Assembly: GCA_035221665.1 (NCBI GenBank)
Contig: CM069155.1
Span: 30,442,001-30,506,000, forward strand
Source of the DNA: Okamejei kenojei
Taxonomy: Eukaryota
Length of the DNA stretch: 64,000 nt
Direction: 5' to 3'
The notes below the pieces were generated by a model. The model made no database searches. It was given only the letters and a program-made list of their open reading frames with translations, and was not told the origin of the DNA. A program made the position numbers and the translations under genes. Within the stretch, counting starts at the first letter, position 1. The number at the start of each line of letters is the position of its first letter. Shown one piece after another: positions 25,259 to 37,860 of this stretch.

Positions 25259-26051
25259 TGAAGAGGATGTTACCACTAGTGGGAGAAACTAGGACCAGAG
25301 GTCATAGCCTCAGAATAAAACGACGTACCTTTAGAAAGGAGATGAGGAGACATTTATTTCGTCAGACGGTGGTGAAACTGTGGAATTCAACGCCACAGAA
25401 GGCTCCGATGGCCACATCAATGTATATTTTTAAAGCAGAGATTGACACATTCTTAATTGGTAAGGGTGTCAGGGTTTCTGGGGAGGAAGCAGGAGAAGGT
25501 GGTTGAGAACGAAAGATAGATCAACCATGATTGAAAGCAGAGCAGACGTAATAGGCCTAACAATGATTTATAAAACAATTATTATCTGCAAATTAGACAC
25601 AAGTGCGTGAGTATCTCAAGTCAGGCAGCATCTCTGAAGAAGGTGAATAAGTGTGTTTCGGATCGGGGTCCTTCGTGGAGACTGATTGTGGTGGGATGGG
25701 TGAGAAAGTTGAAAGACAAATGGGATCAGGTCAAAGCTTGAGATGTGAAAGGCGAGGGGATGGCAATTGTCAGATGGTTGGACGAGGCCAGAGATGAAAA
25801 GAGAAAAAGAGTGAGATAATGGTAGAAAAAGTGCGAATTGTGAAGCCTGAGGAATGAATATTGTTGGAAGAGGGGTGAAAGAAATGGATGCGAATTCAGG
25901 TGGAGTGCAGGGAAGAGAGGAGCGTATCTGCAATGACGTTATAACAAATGCACTGGCATATGTACACAATTTTAAATGTTCTCCTCTAATACTAATTATG
26001 AAATGTCACCAATACCCCACAAATTGTCAGAAACTTGAATTTTGGAAATCA

Positions 26052-26190
26052 CTGAAGAAGGGATTCGACCGGAAACGTCACTTATTCCTTTTCTCCAGGG
26101 ATGCTCCAGAGATGTCTGACCCGCTGACTTACACTAGCTTTTTGCGTCTATCTTCGGTTTAACGAGCATCTGCAGTTCCTTCCTACACAA
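26052..26190 (+). repeat. Penelope-derived short repeat with hammerhead-like core
   Basis: CTGAAGAAGGGATTCGACCGGAAACGTC at 26052-26079, then the family body and the gcatctgcagttccttcctacac end. Confidence 0.75.
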
Positions 26191-26788
26191 GACTGAAGTG
26201 TTTCCAGTTATTTTCAGCCCACTCTGCATAATATCAATAAAAGGTTGTTTATTTGATAAATGAAATACTAATAGTTAGGACAGTATTGTGTTTTAGTGTT
26301 GCAGGCTCTTGCTCCAAAATCTGCTGCATCACAGGTCAAACACAACATGAAAGTACAACGCTGCATCTCCCTGTCAGGATATGAGTTTGTACCAATAATC
26401 TCTCTACCCTCCATTTATTTGACTCACGTAGGACAAAATACGCACTGCGTAACTCTATTTATCATTATATTGAATTGAAGAATATGAAACTCTGATTTAC
26501 CATTAAGATTATATATATTTTCTATGTGCCTGTTTCAAATCATCTGACTTACATAATTGCATAGATATTCGCCTTCATAATCCAACACCATCTGCACCAA
26601 TACTCGCCTATTAAATCGGTGTAATGAGGTCACGGGCATGCACACGATTGCATGCATTACGATGCCTTCACGTTAATGGATTTTATATGGATTTTGCAAC
26701 AATATCATTGTCGTGATATTGTATACAATTGACTGTAAATGTATATCATCTCTGCAATAAATTGTAATGCTCACAAGTATGCACATTT

Positions 26789-26920
26789 GTGTAGGAAGGA
26801 ACTACAGATTCTGGTTTAAACCTAAGATAGACACAAAAAGCTGGAATAACTCAGCGGGACAGGCAGTATCTCAGGAGAGAAGGGATGGGTGATGTTTCGG
26901 GTCGAGACCTTTCTTCAGAC
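26789..26920 (-). repeat. Penelope-derived short repeat with hammerhead-like core
   Basis: Reverse complement CTGAAGAAAGGTCTCGACCCGAAACATC at 26891-26918. Confidence 0.75.
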
Positions 26921-28547
26921 ATATGTGAGACAATAATGCCATCTACCGATGAATGTTCAAACGGCGCACATAGATCACCTTTGTTGATTGGGTTCACCGA
27001 TTATCTCTACCTTCGTTCAAATTTATACTCTTGATGGAGTTTGGCAATGGAGCAGGAATTTGCTGAACTTAACAACGATTATTTTGAGGAACCTGTCCAT
27101 TAACCTGGAGCGGAACAGCAAGTCCATTCATTTGAATTGAGAGAAATGTCAATGATGGAAACGGTTAACTGACGTGATTAGCAGTAATTTACTCAAGTGA
27201 GATTGTTTCAATGTTTTCAATTGTCATCTGTAAGATTTGCTAGTGTATGTAGCTATATTTACTATTTGTATACAGCTTTATTTTCAATATATTTGATGTG
27301 TTTCGAAATATGAATTAATTTATATGGTTGCATGAACGTCGTTGCTTTCGAAAACATTGAATGCCATCAGCAGTTTTGACAGGCAGTAATGTCTTTCAAG
27401 TATTGCGGATATATTCACTACTTCAGATTAGTTCAACACTTCAGCGCAAGTTAACATAAGATAGGTTCAATGGCAGAGGCAGCTCTTATGGCGAAGTAAT
27501 GAAATTTGTAGTAGGTGTTCACTGTTGCAACAGCGGTGCTGCAAAATGAGGTCGTTCTGAGCGGTTCAATAACTATTATTTTAGGGGCCAGGGGTGACTG
27601 GTACCGCTCGCCTACACACCACCCACTCACGCCCCCATTTCCCTGCCAGCTCCGGTCCATTTATTCGGGCAGGCAACATCTGATTAGGGAATGGATAGGT
27701 ATCGTTTCAGGTCGAGACCCTTCAGCACAAATTGGGAAAGAGGGGAGAAAGCTGGAAAATAGATATGAGATGTGATAAAGCCTGCCAAGTTATAGGTGGA
27801 TACATGTGAGAGGGGGTTGATTAGCAGCTGCGGGAGGGGCTTAATTGGCAAAGGCTGGGGGTGAAAAGGGAATCAGCAACAAAATAAGGGAGAAATTGGA
27901 GTGAAGGATAACCCTGGAGGAAGGGGAGAACCTGTTACTAACCATATTGTCAAATAGGTTGTGTATTTTATAATTATAAATTTATTTTACGACTGGAAAT
28001 TGACATCGTACTAGATGGTCTCATTAGATAGGATTTACCCACATCGCATAATTTATTTTTTCATAATTTATAATGTTCATAATTTTTCATAATTTACACC
28101 CCCTGTTAAAAAATTGTTTTTATCCCCAGAGAAGAACATCCAAGCAGTTGCCATATCCCCAAAGCTATTTATCCCATTTCTGGGAATCACGATTCGGTTA
28201 ATTGTTGGTGCGAAGCCCCCTTTCAAGATGAGTCTAGCGCTCATCCCTTCGAGCCTGAACTTTATTCCTCTCGTTATACTGTTTATATATATTACCACTT
28301 CTGGTAATTAATGTTGAGCTGATTAAAGACCACGGCAATGCCGCGGTTAACTAATTCGTCAACCTACACTTTTCATCTCGTTTTTCATGGTATAAACACT
28401 GATATATTGTGATATTTAGTGCGGATCGATCAGAGACATTTGTGATACTTCAAGCATATTAGCGTAATGCCAAGACTGCACTTCCGTATTTATGGGATAT
28501 CCACAATAGGACATCGATTTGCACCAAATTTATTCAATCGGGGGGCG

Positions 28548-28584
<37 letters not shown>

Positions 28585-28982
28585 GGGGGGTAACTTGCAA
28601 GCAGCCCCCTCAGTTGTCCTAACACATGGATCATCATCAATCATGAAAACGCAGTTTATTTGAAATATAACGAAGTTTCACAAAATGCCAGTTTATACAC
28701 ACAGCCGCGCCCTTCGGACATTATTGTTTTTATTCTATTGAAGGCAAAGACATTTGCACAAAAAATTACAACGATGCATCTGAAATAGAATAATCGGTTT
28801 TATTGCATTAAGTGTTACATTATTGTTTTTCAGTTCACCGTAAAATACAGACAGCGCATTCAAGGCAACAAAATGCACATGTGCTGCGTTTGAACAAATA
28901 CCCTGTTAAAGCGAACATTCGATATCTGAATATTGGATTAATTTACAAAGAAATGTAGCAAATCGGAATTTGATCCTTTGAA

Positions 28983-29305
28983 TTAGAGGCAACTAGATCT
29001 GGCGATATTGGCCTTAATCGGGGTTGTCTGGGTTTCGTGTTTAACCACACAGGAGTACAACTCGTGTGAGTTCCAGTAGGCGGCTGGCAGAGTCAGGTAA
29101 CTGCTCGCACTGAATGAGTTGTCCTTCTCCTGCTGGACCCGGCTGGTCGCAGCGCCATCACTTCTCGCACTGCCGTCCACGGTCCACTCAATGTCCACAA
29201 CGCCCGGATTGAACCCGCTCACCAAACACACCAGGGTGGCGGTACTTTTTGCGGAGACTTCACCCATTGATGGCGCCAGAATGGAAACGGTGGGCGGACG
29301 CGGAC
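28983..29305 (-). CDS. IGLC: Ig light-chain constant exon, cluster 2
   Basis: tttccag|GT CCG CGT. PRPPTVSIL...ATLVCLVSGFNP...YSCVVKH...RSSCL*. Confidence 0.95.
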
Positions 29306-32300
29306 CTGGAAATAAATACAAATGGATTATTTATCAGTTTACATTAAGTCTGAATCAGTTCAGCTGGAATGACTCCAGGCAAGATTTACGACGACGGTGC
29401 CAGGTTTCGAACGCCTGAACTATAGGCATAGATTGGATATGCTAGGACGTTAGTCCTAGGGGTGTAGATGACCTTAGGGTGATCGCATGGCGGTGCACAA
29501 AATCGCGAGGGGATTACATAGGGTTAGCGCACGGAGTCTTTTCCCCGTAGTAGGAGAATTAAGAATTAGAGGGGTTAGGTTCAGGGCAACATTTGTACAC
29601 ATAATGCGTTGACTCCATGGAATGAGTTACCCAGAGTAGTTTATGAGACATGTACAATAACACCATTAAAAAAAAAACATTTGAATTAATTATAAGAAAG
29701 GTTCAAAGAGATATGGGCCTGGCACGCGCAAATGGAACCTGCAAGAAGGGCACCTCAGTCGGCATGAAATAGGTGGACTTAAGGTCTGTTCCACCGCTGC
29801 ATAACTCTGTGGCTCTATGGCCGTGTCCTGCACTGGCTTTACAATTTCCGTTGATTTATAAACCTCGTTTTATACAGCAGAATCATGATAAGTTAATTTT
29901 CACTGTGCGAATATCCGAGGTTTGGTAAAACATGTAGCCTACGATTTTCTTCAGATCATGGGAAACGGCAGCAAAACAATAGAATACATAGAAACATAGA
30001 AACATAGAAACATAGAGAAATTAGTGTGCAGGAGTAGGCCATTCAGCCCATCGAGCCTGCACCGCCATTCAATATGATCATGGCTGATCATCCAACTCAG
30101 TATCCCGTACCTGCCTTCTCTCCATAACCTCTGATCCCCTTAGCCACAAGGGCCACATCCAACTCACTCTTAAAAATATAGCCAATGAAAAACTGGCCTC
30201 AACTACCCTCTGTGGCAGAGAGTTCCAGAGACTCACCACTCTCTGTGTGAAGAAAGTCTTTCTCATCTCGGTCTTAAAGGATTTCCCCCTTATCCTTAAG
30301 CATGTGACCCCTTGTCCTGGACTTCCCCAACATCGGGAACAATCTTCCTGCATCTAGCCTGTCCAACCCTTAAGAATTTTGTAAGTTTCTATAAGATCCC
30401 CTCTTAATCTCCTAATTCCAGAGAGTAAAAACCGATGTCTATCCAGTCTTTCTTCATAAGACAGTCCTGACAGCCCAGGAATCAGTCTGGTGAACCCTTC
30501 TCTGCACTCCCTCTATGGCAATAATGTCCTTCTCAGGATTTGGAGACCAAAACTGCACGCAATACTCCAGTGTGGTCTCACCAAGACCCTGTACAACTGA
30601 AGTAGAACCTCCCTGCTCCTACGAGGTACAGCCAGTCTCTATCCACATCAATACTGAACCCCTAATACCGTATGCTTTAAGTTTGTATACTAATCTCTTA
30701 TGTTGGGACCTTGTCGAAAGCCTTCTGGAAGTCCAGATATACCACATCCACTGGTTCTCCCTTATCCACGCTACTAGTTACATCCTGCGAAAAAAATTCC
30801 ACAAGATTCGTCAGACATGACTTTGTCCAATGACTGCTATCCCATCTTTAATAACTACTCTAGCAGTTTCACAGTCCCCACAACCGAAATCCATGAATAC
30901 TTTCTTTTCTCCTTCCCCTTTCCTCCCTTCCCCCCCTCCTTCCCTTTCCCTCCCATTCCCCTTCTCCCCTCTCCCCCCTCCTCCCTTTTCCCCTCCCCTT
31001 TCTTCCTCTCCTTCTCTGCCCCCTTCCCCCTTTTCTTCTCTTTCTTTTTCTCTTTTCTTTCCCCTTTCCTTTTCCTCCCTTCTCTCTCCTTCCCCCTTTT
31101 CTTCCCCCTTTCCTACTCCTTTCCTTCTCCCCCTCCCTCTTCCTCTTCCTTTCCTTTCCCTCCTTCACCCCTCCTTTACCCTTCCTTTCTTCCTCTTCTC
31201 CCCCCTTCTCCTCCCACTCCCTCTCTTCCTTTCCCCTTCCCCCTTCCCTTTTCCCCTCCTCTTCTTCCTCTCCCTCCTCCTCCATTCCTCCTTTTTCTCC
31301 TCTTTTTCCTCCCCTCTCTCCCCCCCCCCCCCCCCCTCTTCCTTTCCCTTCCCGTTCTCCTTTTCTCCTTTTCCCTTTCTCCTCTTTTCTTTTCCCCCCC
31401 TCCCCTTCGCTTTGTCTCCCTTTCTCTCTACTTTCCTTCCTCCTCTCCCTCTTCCCCTCCCCTTTTCCTTTCTCTTCCTCTCTCTTTTTCTCTCTTCCCT
31501 TCTCTTCCTTCTCTTCCTTTCTTTCCCTCTCTCCTTCCCTCCTTTACCCTTCCCCCTTTCTTTCCTTTCTCTTCTTCTCCCCTCCTCTCCTTTTCCCTCT
31601 CTCACTCTCCTCCATTCCTCTTCCTCCACTCCTTCCCTCCCTTCCCCTTTCCCTCCTTGCTTCTCTTCTCTCCTTTCTTCTTTTCCTTCCTCCTTGTATT
31701 CCCACCTCTCTCTTTCCTCCCTTCTCTTCTTCCCCCCTCTTTTCTCTTCATCCCCTACAACTCACCCCCTCCCCCCCCTCCATTTCTTCTCTCCTTTTTC
31801 TTTTCCCCGACCCCGAAACATCCCCTTCCCCCCCCAGGGGGGGGGTCCTTCCCTCCTGTCCTTTTCTTCTTCTCTCTCCTTTTCCCTTGAGTGCTCTCTT
31901 TTCCTTCTTTTCTCGTGTTCTTTCTTTTCTTTCTTCCTCCCCTTCTTCCCTTCCTTTTCTTCTTTTCTACTCTTCCTTCTCCCTCTGTTATCCCCCCCCC
32001 TCTTCCTCATCCTTCTTCTCCTCCCCTTTTCTCTTTCTTTCTCTCGCCTTTCTTTTCCTTTCTCCCTCTTTGCCACACTCCTTTCCCCCCTTTCTTCCCC
32101 CTCTTTCTTCTTCTCTTTTTCCCTCTTCTTCCTTCTCCTTTCCTTCTTCCTTCTCTTCCTCTCTCACTCTAGCATCCCTCTTTTCTTTCTTCCCCCCTTC
32201 CGTTCCTTTCTCCCCCTTCCTCTCTTTCCCTGCATCCTTTTCTCTCCTTCCTCCTCTTTCCCCCCCTGTTCCCTTTCTTTCTTCTGTCTCGTTCCGCTCC

Positions 32301-35300
32301 GTTGTTCCTTCTTTCTCCCTTTTCCTCCTTTCTCCTTCTTTTCACCCCCCTCTCTTCTTCTCTTCTCTTCCCCTTCCTTTCCTTTCCTTCTCTTTTCCTT
32401 CCTTTCCTTCTTTCTCTTTTCCCCCCGCCCTTTCCCTCCCTTTCCTCCCCCCCCTCCCCTTTCTTCCTCCTCCTCCTCCCCTCTCTTCCCTCCCTCTCCC
32501 TCTCTTACCTTCCGCTTTCTTTCCTCCCTTTTCCTCCCCCCCCTTTTTTCTCTTTCCCCCCTTTAGCCTTTCTCTTTTCTTTCTTTCCCCCCTCTCTCTC
32601 CTTCCTCTCCTTCTTTCCTTACTCTCCTTTTCTACTCCGCTCCGCCTACCCCTCCCCCCCCTCCCCTTTCCTTCCCTTCTTCCCCCCCTTCCTCCGTCTC
32701 CCCCTTCTTCGTTCCCTCCCCCCCCCCCCTCCCTCTTCCCCCCTTCTTCCTCCCCTTGTCCCGTCCCTGTCCTCATCCCTTTTTCCGTTCTTCTTCTTTC
32801 CCCTCTCCCCCTCTCCCCTTCCTCTTCTCCCTTTTACCTCATTCCCCTTCTCTCCTCTCCCTGTCTCTTCCTTCCCCTTCTCCCCTCCTTCCTTCTTCCC
32901 CCTTATGTCTTCTTTTCCCCTTTCTTTGCCCCCCCCCTATTCCCCGTTTTCCCCGAAAACCCCCCGACGCTCACGCCTCTCCCTCCCTTCTTAAAAAGAG
33001 GGGTTACATTGCTACCCCGCCAATCCTCAGGAACTACTCCAGAATCTAAAGAGTTTTGAAAGATTATCACTAATGCAATCCACTATTTTCCTGAGCTACT
33101 TCCTTAAGTACTCTGGGATGCAGCCTATCTGGCCCTGGGGATTTATCGGCCTTTAATCTATTCAATTTACCCAACACCACTTCCCGACTGACCTGGATTT
33201 CACTCAATTCCTCCTTTGACCCACAGTCCCCCTGCTATTTCAGGCAGATTATTGTGTCTTCCTTAGTGAAGACGGAACCAAAGTAGTTATTCAATTGTCC
33301 GCCATATCCCTTGTTCCCCATGAACAACTCACCTGTTTCAGACTGCAAGGGACCTACTTTGTTTTAAAAACTAACCTCTTTTTCTCTTCACATATCTATA
33401 AAAACTTTTGCAGTCAGTTTTTATGTTCCCTGCCCAGTTTTCTTTCATAATCCTATTTTTCTTTCCTAATTAAGCCCCTTTGTCCTCCTCTGCTGGTCTC
33501 TGAATTTCTCCAGTCCTCTGTATGCTGCGTTTTCTGGCTACTTATCCTAGCAGAATGAGCAGCATTTCCAAATTCATGCTTGTTTAAACAGTAATCCCAA
33601 TTCTTTCCCAGAATTGTCTTTAGAATGTTACTTATTAGTGAATATTCCACATCGTCCAGAAAGTCCATGATTCAAGGATGGTGGCGGTCAGAAAAATGAA
33701 AGGTAAAACTAAGGTTTTGGTCAGATTCAAATTCATTCTGACACATGTCCAGACAGCTCTGGGATTAATATCCAACATATTCGAACTTTAAAAAACATTT
33801 CAACCTAATGCGGAATTTAAAGACGCTGTACTATTTCCTCCCAATCTTTCGATTCTGAGCAATTCAGCAATAACCTCGTTTACTTGTTTGCCAATTTCTG
33901 CACTAATTTATCCGAAAATGGCAAAATGATGTCTCGCTCTTTTAAGCTTTTTGACATGTCGGTCAACCAACTGCCTGCCCGTAAAAAAAAACAACAATCA
34001 GAGGGATCATGTGTAACAGCATAGTGAACAGTCTGCGTTTTCTGCTGTATCATACACTCGATGGCAATCGGAGAACCTGCATCAAAATCCCTTGCAGGTT
34101 CTACAAGGTGGGTACAAAGAGTCTGACGGAATATCCACACAAATGTGACCAGCTAAGGTGACAATGGCTAGCTGAACGAGAAATGAACCCGAATACTGTT
34201 CTGCTCTTGTTTCTAATTTCGGAGCTGAATCAGACTTGCAACAATCCTCCACACTTTCGCGTAGAGAGAATTGAAATGGTGCCGTGCGAAGCGTTTAAAT
34301 ATTTGGTTTTTATCTCTTCCCTGACAATTCGCTTTAGCGCTGTTCTAGGGAGCGCGTGCAAACCTGTCGAAACGCCACTTCACCCTCACGGTATCATTAA
34401 AACGATCAGAAATCAACTTCGCGCAAGTTGCCCTAATGGGTATTTGCAATTTCAAAACTATCCCATTTAAATTCACGGACATCATTGCCAAATGTTTATT
34501 ACATTTCCTTTGGATGCTTCCAAAGTTTCTATTTGGCCCACTCTCAGAGTTGATATTCTCCGTGTCCGCAATATACCGTAAGCTAATAAAATCTCATAAT
34601 TTCCCGAGCATTTCTTCAAGTAAAGGCACAGTTTTCGTTTGCATTACCCTCATGTTGAAGCAGAGTGTGCACTAGCAGCAGTCTCTAATGAAACCCGCTA
34701 CTTGAGGATACATCAAATCAGATAATCAGTATTCCTGTTTCGGAGCAGGTTTCACGAACATCAGGGAAGAAAGGGGAAAATAGATCATCAGATCATTCCA
34801 GAATTTAACAACTTTGAAGCACAGCTGTCAGTATGTGAAGGCCTTAAATTCCACGATGTTCATGAAGCCAAGGTTAGGTGAATGCAGATTTCGGGATGTA
34901 GGGATGGAGGTAAAGGATTATGAAAAAAAAACAAGTTCACGTAGGAGAAAAAAGTGAACCGCCAATGTTGGTATCTTGAATACAACACAAAGTGCTGAAG
35001 TAATCCAGCGGATCAGACAACATCTCTGGGAGACAAAGAAAGATTATATTTCTGCTCGGGAAAGTGTTGCAAAGGTTCCGACCCGAAACATTGCCCATCC
35101 ATACGTCTACCGGAGATGATGGCTGACCCGTTCTGTCTACTTGGGTTTAATAGAATCTTTCTACCGAAGATTTATGTTGGAAAGCAAAACCTAAGTTCAA
35201 AGATTCGTGTTTCATTCCGTAAATTGTTTACTTACTGCTTAGATTCAGTTTGGTTCCTCTCCAAAAGGTGTATTTACTGTTGTCCCACACAGCACAGTAA

Positions 35301-35717
35301 TAATCGGCAGCGTCCTCTGATTGCACGTTGGTGATGGTTAAATGCATTTGGTTCATGGATGACTCCACGGAACCCGTGAATCTGTCTGGAATTCCGGTGC
35401 CTCTGGTGGAGCTTCCATACCACACGAAGACAGGGGTGCGGTCCGACTTCTGCCAGTACCAGCTCGTGTACCAGCTACCGATGGTGCCCCCTGACAGGGT
35501 ACAGGTGATTTTGACGGTTGTTCCCGGCGAGGTTGATATAGACGCGACCTGAGTCAAGGTAGTCTCCGCGTTTATAGCTGATAGAAAAAACAGATAAATA
35601 TACAGAACCATTAGAAAAAACACAGCAGAATGTGAAACGATACAGCATTAATCATTCTGCGCTCTACTCACAGTGGAAACAGGTCACCAAGGCGAGAACC
35701 CAAACCCATTCAGCCAT
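28983..35717 (-). CDS. IGL: Ig light chain, cluster 2 (lambda/type II-like, germline-joined), spliced ORF 236 aa
   Basis: Exons 35717-35672, 35577-35236 and 29305-28983 splice in frame (711 nt). Confidence 0.9.
29978..33540 (-). mobile_element. CR1 LINE insertion in J-C intron 2, absent from cluster 3, internally deleted and indel-rich
   Basis: (AAACATAG)n tail at about 29978-30017. Pieces match about 51250-50660, 50185-49895 and 49852-49300 of the full-length copy. The flanks join up at about 55195-55205 in the paralogue. Confidence 0.88.
30895..32985. repeat. 2.1-kb aperiodic polypyrimidine (C/T) low-complexity tract, probably an assembly or base-calling artefact
   Basis: Almost only C and T with no repeat unit. 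It sits where only about 45 nt of CR1 ORF2 is expected. Confidence 0.8.
35236..35577 (-). CDS. IGLV: Germline-joined VJ exon, cluster 2
   Basis: ctatcag|CT ATA AAC. ETTLTQ...VKITC...SWYWQK...GIPDRFTGS...DYYC AVWDNSKYT FWRGTKLNLS, then A|GTAAGT. 342 nt, no RSS between V and J. Confidence 0.95.
35672..35717 (-). CDS. IGLV: Leader exon, cluster 2 (MAEWVWVLALVTCFH)
   Basis: Signal peptide, CAC T|GTGAGT donor, 94-nt intron. Confidence 0.92.
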
Positions 35718-35804
35718 ATCGAAGGTGATAAGGGAATATTTTTTTTGCACAAGCGCGGTTTTGAGCCGTTTCGAAATTTCTCTTTTGAAGTCTTCAGCAT
35801 CCCA

Positions 35805-35848
35805 ACGTCACTAATTATTAATTATTCATGCAAATCTTTATCCACGTG
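35805..35848 (-). promoter_or_regulatory. Light-chain promoter 2: CACGTG E-box (35843-35848), octamer (35828-35835), TGACGT (35805-35810)
   Basis: Octamer ATTTGCAT on the coding strand about 111 bp upstream of ATG. Confidence 0.87.
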
Positions 35849-37860
35849 ACATCGATTCACTGAATTATTGGCTGGGTGTAAAATGATATTTCTGCAGCTC
35901 CAGCCCTTTGAGAGAAAGACATTTTCATGCTGTTTTAAGTGGGGGGAGAATAGCAGACAACGGCGGACTCAACGGCGGGGGAAGGGGGGGAGAAGCTCTC
36001 AGTCTCACTCGTGAACTGTTGTGTGAAAGCAGGCTCTTATTTGCCGAGTAAAAGGGGTCAGCTGTGTTGAATGATGGGACTGTACAGACTTTGCACTAAT
36101 CCCCTTAAGCTTCCAAATAATTATAAAGTAAAACATTTCCCCTTTTCCTACAAATAATTCGCAGTCGAGTAATATCGCAAGGCATCATTGCACTAAGCCC
36201 CTTCATTGCATTTAAAGTGTCCACTTTGATGGTCAAATTAAACGGCACAAGAAAGTTTGTTAATATGACTTCATCGCATGTGCGAGAGAACGAGCAGATG
36301 TTGATGCTTCAGACGGTCGAATTGAAGGGCAAGGGAAAAACAATACATAATTAATTAAAGTAGAACTGTGAGAGAGTGGGGGAATACTGTAGAGGGGTAA
36401 AAGCATGCCATGGAACTTGAGGTCCACTAGCAAATTCAATTAATATATCAGAAATTCCAGATTTCAATGTGAGCTTTCAATGTGAGGATTCAAAAGACAG
36501 AACCTACACACGTGCCACAAGGAATAAAATCCCAGTGTATGACACATCCACGATTATCTAAACATGTTAAAGACAGCATTAAACTAAGAGCAAAACAATT
36601 TCTATGAGCAAAGTTGAATGGAAATCAGAAAATTGAACAGCGAATTGTAAAAAATATGCCGAAGGCTTCAATGAGTACGAAAATATTAAAGTATTGTTGG
36701 ACGTCAGCTAGAAGTGTAAATGCATGATAATAATGATTGCTGTCATTGTTATTACAATCTACAGAGTGGACAATGGTCTGAAGTAGGGGGCATGGGGTAA
36801 AATTAAAGGGGAATATGGAGATGACAGAAAATAGAAACTGTAATTATTCATCGGTCTGCACTACAGAACACGGACAACATCCCAGAAACGGCTGCGGACA
36901 TGGTAGTGGAAGCAAGGAACAAACTCACAAAAGTTGCAATCATTAGGAAGCTGATAGAGCCATGGGCCTTTGGGTTCTTAAGATGTTTTGTATTTCATTC
37001 TAGAATCCTAATTCATCCCGTTGCGGCGCTGAATTCATTGGTTTGATTTTTTATTTAAAAACCACCATGGTGATCATTTTCATTCCGAAAGGAAGGGAGA
37101 CAGAAATATTGCAAGCTGTTACTAAACGATATAAAGGATACTGACAAAATGATCAAAAAGATCACCTCGTAAAAAGTCAAAATGTTGTTGAGAAAGAGAG
37201 AACATTCAGAAATGTGAGGCGCAAAGGGGCTTGGAAGTGTTGGTGCAGGATTCCCCAAAAGTAAATTTACAAATCGGTAGTCAGGAAGGCGAATGCAATA
37301 CTCGCATTTCTTTCGAGAGGGCCAGAACACAAAAAACAAAATACAAAAACAGGGATGTAATGCTGAGCCTTTATAAGACACTGTCAGACAGCATTTGGAG
37401 TGTTGTGAGCAGTTTTGGGATCCAATCTGAGGAAGGATGAGCTGGCGTTGGAGAGGGTCCAGAGGAGGTTTACGAGGGTGATCCCAGGGATCCCAGGGAC
37501 GAGATCATTATAGGGTCTGTCCTCACTTCCTCCATCATAGTCTAGTTTGGCTCAGCCACCAAGCACGTTTTCCGGAGGCTGAAGAGCATCGTTCAATCAG
37601 CTGAGAATGTTGCTGGCTGTAATCTTCCCCTCATTGGCGAACTGTACACTGTAAAGGCCAGGAGGCAAGCCAGTAAGATAATCTCTGACCCCACTCAGCC
37701 TGGCCACAAACTCTTTGGAGCTTAAAGCTGCCACAGTCAGCTTCCCTTAAAGCTGCCACAGTCAGACATAAAAACAGCTTTTTTTTTCACGAGCAGTAGC
37801 TATACTCAATAGCTAAAAGTCTGTTGCCTCCTTTTGCTCTGGTATTTTATTCCATTCACA

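Noticed and set aside
30817-33059. Long ORFs of 357, 578 and 390 aa and their R/K/E/G-rich antisense ORFs
   Set aside because: Stop codons are nearly impossible in a C/T-only tract. No domain content, and the tract is probably artefactual.
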